Positions 27,578 through 35,300 of a stretch of DNA of 64,000 bases are shown in pieces; the first letter of the stretch is position 1, and each line of letters begins with the position of its first letter. The translations under genes were made by a program, and so were the position numbers. A model generated the notes under the pieces. The model was not told the origin of the DNA. It ran no database searches and was given only the letters and a program-made list of their open reading frames with translations. Origin of the DNA: Candidatus Wallbacteria bacterium. GTDB lineage: Bacteria > Muiribacteriota > UBA6191 > JACPRK01. The DNA is taken from contig JACQZN010000082.1 of assembly GCA_016213845.1 (NCBI GenBank), positions 32,431-96,430 on the forward strand. Reading direction: 5' to 3'.

Positions 27578-29301
27578 GCAATTGCGGGCGCGCGGCCCGG
27601 CTGCTACGATCCCGAGCCATGGCTCGACTGATCGTGAGACGGGGGCCGCGTGCTGGTTACTCCTATCCGGTCGACGACAAGACCGTGACCATCGGCCGGG
27701 ACCCGGCGCGGACAGTGCCGATCCTCGACGGGAAGGTCTCGAGGCTCCACGCCGAGATCGTGCCGACCGCCCATGGCTGGATGGTCCGTGACCTGGGCGC
27801 GACGAACAAGACTTACGTCAACGGCCGGGCCGTGACGGAGGCGCTGCTGGCGTTCGGCGACGCGATCTCGATTGGCGAAACCGAGTTCGTCTTCGAGGCC
27901 GACGAGATGGACCTGCCCGGCCCGCCCGATCTGACGGTCGTGGTCACGGCGGAGTCCGTTCCGGCCGGGGGCGTCACTCTGCCGATGCCTCAGCCCGGAT
28001 TCGAGGACTTTCTGCCGTCTGCGCCCGCCGCCGAGTCCGACGAGCTGGCCCGCCGTCAGGCGCGCCGGCTGAAGGTGCTCTGGCGCGTCTCGCGCACGGC
28101 TTTCGTGAAGAGCGATCTGGCGACCTTCCTGGAAGAGATCCTGACGCTCGTGCTGGGCGAGCTCGAGGCCGACACGGCGGTTTTCCTCCTCGCCTCCGAG
28201 GGCGCCAAGCTCACTCCCATCGTGACTCACCGCGCCCGGGGCGCCAGCGCCGAGCCTGCGATCGTCCTGACCTCCACCGTGGTCAATCGGGTCTTCGCAT
28301 CCGGGGACGCGCTGCTGGTCGCCGACGCCGCCAAGGACCTGTCGGGCGCCGCGAGCGTGCGGGCGCAGCGCATCAGCTCCGTCATCTGCGTGCCGCTCAA
28401 GAGTCCTGAAAAGACCTACGGAGTCTTTTACATGGATCGGCGCTCCGGCGGGGCCTGGTTCGATCACGAGGACCTGAGCTTCCTGGCCACCGTCTGCGCG
28501 CACGTGGCCGTCAACATCGAGAACCTGGCGCTCTACCAGAAGCAGCGGGAGGCCTACGAACGGCTCAAGCTGGCCCAGGAGCAGCTCCTGGCATCCGAGA
28601 AGATGAGCGTGCTCGGACGGCTCGCCGGTTCCGTTGCACACGAGCTCAACAATCCGCTGCAGTGCATCCTGATGTGCTCCGAGCTATTGAAGGACGAGCT
28701 GCGCCTGCGAGGCACCGTCGTCAATCCGGCGACGGCGCTCGACCAGCTCGAGATGGTCCACCACTCCGTGGCGCGCTGCTCCAGGCTGGTCCAGAACCTG
28801 CTCCACTACTCGCACAAGGGTGACACCGCCGGGCTCGTGTCGCTCCCGCTGGCCCGGCCAGTCTCCGAGGCCGTCAAGTTGATGACCTATCTGGTCCGCA
28901 AGCGAGGCATCGAGATCGCTACCGACCTGCCGCCGGACTTGCCGTCCATCCTCGGCAACGGCTCCGAGCTGGAGCAGCTGTTCATCAACCTCATCAAGAA
29001 CTCGGCCGACGCCATCCCGGGCAAGGGCAACATAGCAGTCTCGGCCTCGCTCGAGCCGGACTGCATCGAAGTGCGCGTGACGGACAGTGGCGGGGGAATC
29101 CCGCCGGAGACGTTGCCGCACATCTTCGAGGAGCTGTTCACGACGAAGCCGATCGGCGAGGGAACGGGATTGGGCTTGCCGCTCTGCAAGCGAATCGTCG
29201 AGAACCACGGGGGCACCATCGAGGTCGAGAGCCGGGTCGGCGCCGGCACGACGGTGACGGTCCGGTTCCCGTTGACCGGCAGCGCGTCGGCCGTTGCCTG
29301 A
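27574..29301 (+). CDS. FHA-GAF-histidine kinase (cytoplasmic sensor kinase)
   Basis: The GTG overlaps the upstream stop (GTGA); an alternative ATG lies at 27619. FHA domain (TVTIGRDPARTVPILDGKVSRLHAEI...NKTYVNG), GAF-like middle region, H-box SVAHELNNPLQ, N/G boxes (LIKNSADA, DSGGGIP, GTGLGL). Confidence 0.75.
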   Translation: MSNCGRAARLLRSRAMARLIVRRGPRAGYSYPVDDKTVTIGRDPARTVPILDGKVSRLHAEIVPTAHGWMVRDLGATNKTYVNGRAVTEALLAFGDAISIGETEFVFEADEMDLPGPPDLTVVVTAESVPAGGVTLPMPQPGFEDFLPSAPAAESDELARRQARRLKVLWRVSRTAFVKSDLATFLEEILTLVLGELEADTAVFLLASEGAKLTPIVTHRARGASAEPAIVLTSTVVNRVFASGDALLVADAAKDLSGAASVRAQRISSVICVPLKSPEKTYGVFYMDRRSGGAWFDHEDLSFLATVCAHVAVNIENLALYQKQREAYERLKLAQEQLLASEKMSVLGRLAGSVAHELNNPLQCILMCSELLKDELRLRGTVVNPATALDQLEMVHHSVARCSRLVQNLLHYSHKGDTAGLVSLPLARPVSEAVKLMTYLVRKRGIEIATDLPPDLPSILGNGSELEQLFINLIKNSADAIPGKGNIAVSASLEPDCIEVRVTDSGGGIPPETLPHIFEELFTTKPIGEGTGLGLPLCKRIVENHGGTIEVESRVGAGTTVTVRFPLTGSASAVA

Positions 29302-30202
29302 GGAAGGAGTGGGCATGAGGGACGGTCTACTGTCACGAGGCCGGCGACTGGCCGGGACACTGCTGGTGCTCTCGGTGCTCGGCACCTGCCGGGCCGATGC
29401 GGCAAGCTGGATCTCCAACCCCCGACCGCGGGCGTCGCAGCAGCGCGTGGCGCCCTGGGTCATCGCTCATCGCGGCGCCAGCGCGGACTTCCCCGAGAGC
29501 ACGATGCTGGCCTTCCGCGAAGCGATTCGCGCCGGGGCCGATGCCATCGAGCTCGACTGCCAGACCACCTCCGACGGCAAGCTCGTCGTCCTGCACGACG
29601 ACCTTCTGGATCGCACAACCGACGGCCGCGGGCCCGTGTCGGCCCTGAGCTGGGCCCAGGTGGAGCGGCTCGACGCCGGCCGCTGGAAGCACGCCCGGTT
29701 CGCGGGCGAGCGCGTGCCGACCCTGGAGCAAGTCGTCAGGTTGGCGATGACCGAGAACGTCGGGCTCGTCATAGAGGCGAAGACTCCCTACATCCTCGAC
29801 CCCGGGCTCGCCGGACGCATCCTGGAGCTGCTGGACCACGAGGGGGCCACTTCCCGCACGATCCTGCAGTCGTTCGACCATCGGCCGCTGACCGAGATTC
29901 ACGCGCGGCGGCCGGAGGTGAAGCTGGGCCCCCTGGTCGACGCCGGGATCGACGACGTCCGGGCGATGCTGGCGGCCGCCGGCACCTGGGCCTACCTGCC
30001 GCACTATGGCTTCATGCTCCCCGACCGTGTGCGCGCCGCGCATCGGCTCGGCTATCACATCGCGGTCTGGACCGTCGACCGCCCCGAGCACATGCTGGCG
30101 ATGACCGCCGCTGGCGTCGACGGCATCATGACGAACCGGGCCGGCACCTTGCGCCGCTTGCTCGACGGCCTTCGACTGCCGCGCCGGCCGTGGCCGCGCT
30201 GA
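29294..30202 (+). CDS. Glycerophosphodiester phosphodiesterase (GDPD family), secreted/lipoprotein
   Basis: Motif block VIAHRGASADFPESTMLAFREAIRAGADAIELDCQTTSDGKLVVLHDD. The signal peptide ends LGTC. An alternative start lies at 29315. Confidence 0.8.
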   Translation: MPEEGVGMRDGLLSRGRRLAGTLLVLSVLGTCRADAASWISNPRPRASQQRVAPWVIAHRGASADFPESTMLAFREAIRAGADAIELDCQTTSDGKLVVLHDDLLDRTTDGRGPVSALSWAQVERLDAGRWKHARFAGERVPTLEQVVRLAMTENVGLVIEAKTPYILDPGLAGRILELLDHEGATSRTILQSFDHRPLTEIHARRPEVKLGPLVDAGIDDVRAMLAAAGTWAYLPHYGFMLPDRVRAAHRLGYHIAVWTVDRPEHMLAMTAAGVDGIMTNRAGTLRRLLDGLRLPRRPWPR

Positions 30203-30446
30203 CGCACGGTCCCGGCAAGGTCTCGAGCCCGGAGGCGGAAGACGGGGACCGGCTCCGGAAGCCCGCCTGCAACCTGGCAGTCGTCCGGCCGGGCTCCCGG
30301 TGCCTGTCCCGTCTTTCGACGACGTTGCCGTTGTTTTGCGCGCTGACGGGTCTCCGGTTGCGGCAAAGGCCATGGTTCTGACACGATGAGGGACGCTGCC
30401 CGGCGGACCGACGAGCCGGCGGGAAGAAAGCGAGGAGCGTGCGAGT

Positions 30447-30659
30447 ATGGCCAACCTTCCTATCAGCAACGTCCGGCGGCTGCTTGCGACGAAAGCCGGC
30501 GACATCCGGATCTCGGCCGAGACCGTGACCCTGGGCGTCGAAGCCGCCGAGGAATACCTGGCGCGCCTGGGCGAACGGGCCGCCAGCATCGCGCGCGGTC
30601 ACATGCGCAAGACGATCATGCCCGAGGATCTCGAGGCTGCGAAGAAGATGCTCATCTAG
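30447..30659 (+). CDS. Histone-fold DNA-binding protein (bacterial HMf-like histone, 70 aa)
   Basis: Alignable by eye to archaeal HMfB over its whole length: LPI..RR....AG..RIS.....L......YL..L...A...A....RKTI..EDLE.A. The single histone fold has alpha1-L1-alpha2-L2-alpha3 spacing. The L2 RKTI signature is intact. Confidence 0.7.
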   Translation: MANLPISNVRRLLATKAGDIRISAETVTLGVEAAEEYLARLGERAASIARGHMRKTIMPEDLEAAKKMLI

Positions 30660-30695
30660 TCCGGGGCGAGGCGGGTACGCGACCCGCCGGAAGAG

Positions 30696-31568
30696 CTAGC
30701 GCCTGTCGCCGAAGAGCTCGACGGCATTTCTCCAGAAGAGCGCGTCCTCCACGTCTCGGCCGAGCTCCAGGTCCAGGATGCAGCGGCGCTCGCGGTCGTA
30801 GTCGTAGGGGAGAATCGGGAAGTCGGTCCCGTACATGATGCGGCGGTGATGGCGCAGGACCCAGTCGCGGCCGGGCGCACCGGGGAAGTAGCGGGCCAGG
30901 ACCATGGCGGTGTCGAGGCGCAGAGCGGCGAAGCGCGCAAGCAGCGCGGCGGCCAGCTCGTACTCACCTGCACCCAGGTGGGGCACGACGCAGGGCATCT
31001 CCGGGAAGCGCTCCAGCACGGGCACGAGGCGGGCGAGGCCGCTCACCTCGTGGCAGGGACGTGGGTAGGCCGGGGAGGCCGGCTCCGTGCCGGCGTGCAC
31101 GACCAGCGGCAGCCGGCGGCTGGCCAGCAGCTCGTAGGCGGGAAAGAGGCGCGGGTCGTCGGGCGGGAAGCCCATCACGTGCGTGTGGAGTTTGAGGCCG
31201 CGCAGACCGAGCTCGTCCAGGGCGCGGCGCGCGACGGCCCGGACGTCGTCGGCCGGGTGAACGGTGCCGAGCGCCACGGCCTCGGGGTGCGTGCGCGCGT
31301 AGGCCGCCATCCAGTCGTTGAGCGAGTCTGCGAGGCCGGCCTTGTGCGCGTAGACCATCGCCACGTGGCGCGACACACCCCGGGCGGCCAGGAACGCGGC
31401 GACCTCTTCTCCCGGCATCCCCTGTTCGATGGCCCAGGCGTGCGTCCCGAACCAGCTCTCGATGGCGCGGTAAAGCCGGGGAGGCCACGGGTGAACGTGG
31501 ACGTCGAACGTCGGGCGCGGCGGCACGGGGGCCGAGAGCTCGACCGGCTCGATGGCGGTGGGGCACAT
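30696..31568 (-). CDS. Amidohydrolase-2 family metal-dependent hydrolase (TIM barrel)
   Basis: Start MCPTAIEP at 31568. The metal-binding HxH reads FDVHVHPW, with later His/Asp ligands (VHAG, HLGAG, GTDFP). The upstream half of the 567-aa ORF is Arg/Gly junk. Confidence 0.7.
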   Translation of the reverse strand: MCPTAIEPVELSAPVPPRPTFDVHVHPWPPRLYRAIESWFGTHAWAIEQGMPGEEVAAFLAARGVSRHVAMVYAHKAGLADSLNDWMAAYARTHPEAVALGTVHPADDVRAVARRALDELGLRGLKLHTHVMGFPPDDPRLFPAYELLASRRLPLVVHAGTEPASPAYPRPCHEVSGLARLVPVLERFPEMPCVVPHLGAGEYELAAALLARFAALRLDTAMVLARYFPGAPGRDWVLRHHRRIMYGTDFPILPYDYDRERRCILDLELGRDVEDALFWRNAVELFGDRR

Positions 31569-31631
31569 GGCACCATTTTGGCCTCCCGATCCCGTATGAT
31601 CCAGCCGCAAGACCTGCGAAGGAGTGGAGAG

Positions 31632-32306
31632 ATGGGTGAGCTGATCCGGTTCTCGCGCCCCGATGGCCAGGAGTGCCCGGGGTATCTGGCCACGCCGGCG
31701 GCCGGCGGCGACGCGCCCGGCATCGTCGTGATCCAGGAGTGGTGGGGCCTCAACGACCAGATCCGGGGCGTTGCGGACCGGTTTGCCGCCGCGGGCTATC
31801 GGGCGCTGGTGCCGGATCTCTATCGCGGCCGGGTCGCCGCCACTCCCGACGAGGCCAACCACATGATGAGCGGGCTCGACTGGGGCGCCGCGACGGTGCA
31901 GGACGTCCAGGGCGCCGTGCACCATCTGGGGCGCGGCGGCCGGCGCGTCGCGGTCCTGGGCTTCTGCATGGGCGGGGCGTTGACGCTGCTGGCCGCGGCG
32001 AAGGTCTCGGGGGTCACCGCGGGCGTCTGCTTTTACGGCATCCCGCCCGAGAGCGCCTGCGACTTTGCCTCCATCCGGGTGCCGCTCCTGTTGCACTTCG
32101 CCGAGCACGACGACTGGTGCAACGCCGCGGCCGTGGACCAGCTGGCCGCCCGTCTGACCGCTGGGCGAGTGCCGCACGACCTTCACCGCTACGACGCCCA
32201 GCACGCCTTTTTCAACGAGCAGCGCCCCGAAGTCTACGACGCCGCCACTTCGAAGCTGGCCTGGGACCGCTCGTTGCAGTTCCTCGCAAGAGAGCTGGGT
32301 GCGTGA
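31632..32306 (+). CDS. Dienelactone hydrolase family protein
   Basis: Start MGELIRF with an AAGGAG RBS. Motifs GIVVIQEWWGLNDQI and GFCMGG (nucleophile Cys), plus a C-terminal His. Confidence 0.8.
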   Translation: MGELIRFSRPDGQECPGYLATPAAGGDAPGIVVIQEWWGLNDQIRGVADRFAAAGYRALVPDLYRGRVAATPDEANHMMSGLDWGAATVQDVQGAVHHLGRGGRRVAVLGFCMGGALTLLAAAKVSGVTAGVCFYGIPPESACDFASIRVPLLLHFAEHDDWCNAAAVDQLAARLTAGRVPHDLHRYDAQHAFFNEQRPEVYDAATSKLAWDRSLQFLARELGA

Positions 32307-32358
32307 GCCGCTGCCGGCGGTACCCACCGCCGGCCCGCGGAGAGGAGCCGTGAGAACC

Positions 32359-35300
32359 ATGAGGCCACCGGCGATCGGACCGGACCGCGTACGGCCCATC
32401 GAGCGGCCCTGGGGAGCCTTCGACCTGTCCCGCGCTGGCGTCGTTGCCCGCTGGCTTTGCCTGGCCGGCTTCCTGGCGATAGCCTCGAGCGCCTCCGGTC
32501 AGCCCAACCCGCAGGTCGTCGCCATCTCCGCGCCGGCGCTCGCGGCGAGCTCGGACTCGGCGCCGGTGACCGTGACGGTGAGAAACGCCGGCTCCTCGGC
32601 CACGGAGGCCCCCGTTCGCGTCGGGCTCCTGGCCGTGAGCGCCGGGACCAGCGGAGTCGCTTCCTCTGCTGAGTTCGATGACTCCATCGAGGCGAGCGAG
32701 CCGCTGGCGCCCGGCGAATCGCGCGACTTCGAGACCCGGGTGCGCGTCCTGCTACCGGCCGGCTCGGCCAGGCTCGCCGCCTTCGTCGATCCGCAGGGCG
32801 AGCTGGAAGAGTCTGACGAGACCGACAACGATTTCGTCGGCGACGCCGTCCTGCAGGTCGTCGACCCGACGGGCAACCTGGTCGTCGACGGCCTGGAGCT
32901 CCCGGGTTCGGCGTCGCTCGGCGAATCGGTGCCTTTGACCGTCACGGTCCGAAACGCGGGGACCGGTCCGCTCCGATTCTCCTCCGGGTTCGCCGTGGTG
33001 CTCTCGACGACCACCGCCCCCGGACCCGGGGCCATCGTCGTCAACTACGGCCGCGGTGTCGAAGCTCTCCCGGCCGGCGCCCGCGCGACGGACTCCCTGC
33101 GCTTCACGGTTCCGCTCGGCATCGAGCCGGGACGCTACTACGTGGTCCCGATTGCGGACTACAATCGAGAAGCCGGCGAGACCAGCGAGAGCGACAACGC
33201 CCTCCAGGCGCGTTCGATCGACCTCTCCACTCCGACGGTAGATCTGACCGTCGACGCTGTCGACGCACCCACTGCCATTCCCGTGGGCCGCCCTTTCCAG
33301 GCCACGGTGGACCTTTCCAACGGCGGGACCACGGCCGCTTCGATGCCGTTCGTGCTCTCGATCGTAGTGACGCGCGATCTGACCTCCACGGACACGGAGC
33401 CCTCCATCGGCTCTCGGACCATCGACGCGCTCGCCGCGGGCGGCTCGCTCTCCACGACCGTCGCCTGCCGCGTGCCCGCCACGATTGCCCCGGGCGACTA
33501 CGCGCTGTCGGCGCTGGTCGACGCCGACGCACTCTACGGCGAGCTCGACAAGGCGAACAACCGCCGCGCCTCTTCCGGCGGCCTGGCGGTGTCCACGGCG
33601 GACGTCGACCTGACCATCGAGGCAATCCGGGTCCCCACCGGCGGCGTCATCGGCGGGCCCGTCCGAGCCCGTTTCTCCGTCTCCAACCTGGGAACCGGCG
33701 CTGTGCCAGAGGCTTTTTACGTCGGCTTCTACCTCTCGACGGACGGCGAGCGGAGCGACACGGACGCGTACCTTGGCGAGCGATACGTCGAGAGCCTGGA
33801 GGGCGGCCAGACCACGACCTTCACCGCCGAGAGCCGGCTCCCGCTGGCCCTGACCAGCGGCGCCTACTTCTACCTGGCGGTGGCGGACCGGGACCACGGC
33901 ATCGACGAGGAGAACGAGTCGAACAACCTCTCCGCCACTCCATTCAGTGCCCGCGCCTCGCGCATCGATCTGGTGCCGGTGGCCGTGACAGCGCCGGCCT
34001 CGGGCGCGCCCATGGAGTTCGTTCCGCTGTTCGTGAGCGTCGAGAACCGCGGCACGGACGATAGTCCGCCTTTCCTGGTCCTGTTCTCGGCCTCCCCGGG
34101 GCCCGTACTGACGGACACGGCGATCCTGATCGGCCAGTCCTACTTCACGCAGGGGGGGCTGGCGGCGGGGGAGCGCCGACTGGAGGGTCCGTTTTTCGCC
34201 GACGTCCCCGAGGGCACGCCGGAAGGCTCCTATACCCTGTTTGCCACCGTGGACCAGGATGATCGCGCTTCCGAGTCGAACGAGTCGAACAACAATCTGG
34301 CTGCCGTGGCGCCCTTCGCCATCACGACGGCAGCTTCGAGCGTCGATGACCACCCGGACGCCTACACCCTGACTCGCCCCTCCGAGGACCTGCTCCCGGG
34401 CGATGGACGGCCCGTGCTGGCACGGCACGAGCGCGTCCGCGACGTCGACTTCTTCCGCTTCCAGGCCGGCGCCGGCGACCAGATCGTCCTGGACGTCTTC
34501 GGCCAGCCCAGCTCCTTCGTCGACACCTTGGTGGAGCTTTTGGGTCCTGACGGAAAGCAGCTCGGTTCCAACGACAACTTCGGCGACATCAGCCGATCGC
34601 GCGTCGGTCCGATCGCCGCACCCTCCACCGGCACGTACTTCGTCGCGGTGCGGGAGACCCAGCCATTCGGTCAGGGACCGTACGTCCTGAGGGCCCGGCT
34701 CGAGCGCGGGCAGCCCGACCTGACGGTGGCGGTCTCGCCCCCCGCTCCGGCCAGTGTCCCGCAGGGCCTGCGGTTCCGCACGACGGTCACGGTCTCCAAC
34801 GTCGGACAGGCGATTGCGCTCGGTGGCGCCAAGGTGAAGCTTTTCCTTTCGGCCGATTCCGCCATCACGACAAGCGACATCGCAGTCGGCGAGGTCGAGG
34901 CGCCCGACCTTCCCGCGGGCGCTTCCGTGCGACGCGCCGCCGAGCTGTTGGCGGACGGCTTCGAGGCCGATCCGGGATCCTACTTCGTCGGCGCCATCGC
35001 CGACCCGGGCCGTGCCGTCCCACAGACCAATTTCGCCAACGACGTCGCCGTGGCGCCCACACGGCTCACCGTCACCCAGGCACCCGATGATCACCCGGGC
35101 CGCGCGGCCCTGACCAGGCCCCTCGAGGACGGCCTGACGCTCGACGGCGACTGGGTCTACGCCCGAGTGGAGCGACCCGGCGACGAGGACTTCTTCCGCT
35201 TCGACGTGCTGGCCGACCAGATCTACATGGTCGAGACCCTTCCCGGCACGCTGGCCACGCGCCACTTGACCGTCTTCCGCGACGGCGAAATCGACGTCGC

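Noticed and set aside
31569-32399. N-terminal half of the 567-aa minus ORF (upstream of the amidohydrolase start)
   Set aside because: It runs antisense through the dienelactone hydrolase gene. The amidohydrolase fold begins at MCPTAIEP (31568) with a GGGAGG RBS region upstream.
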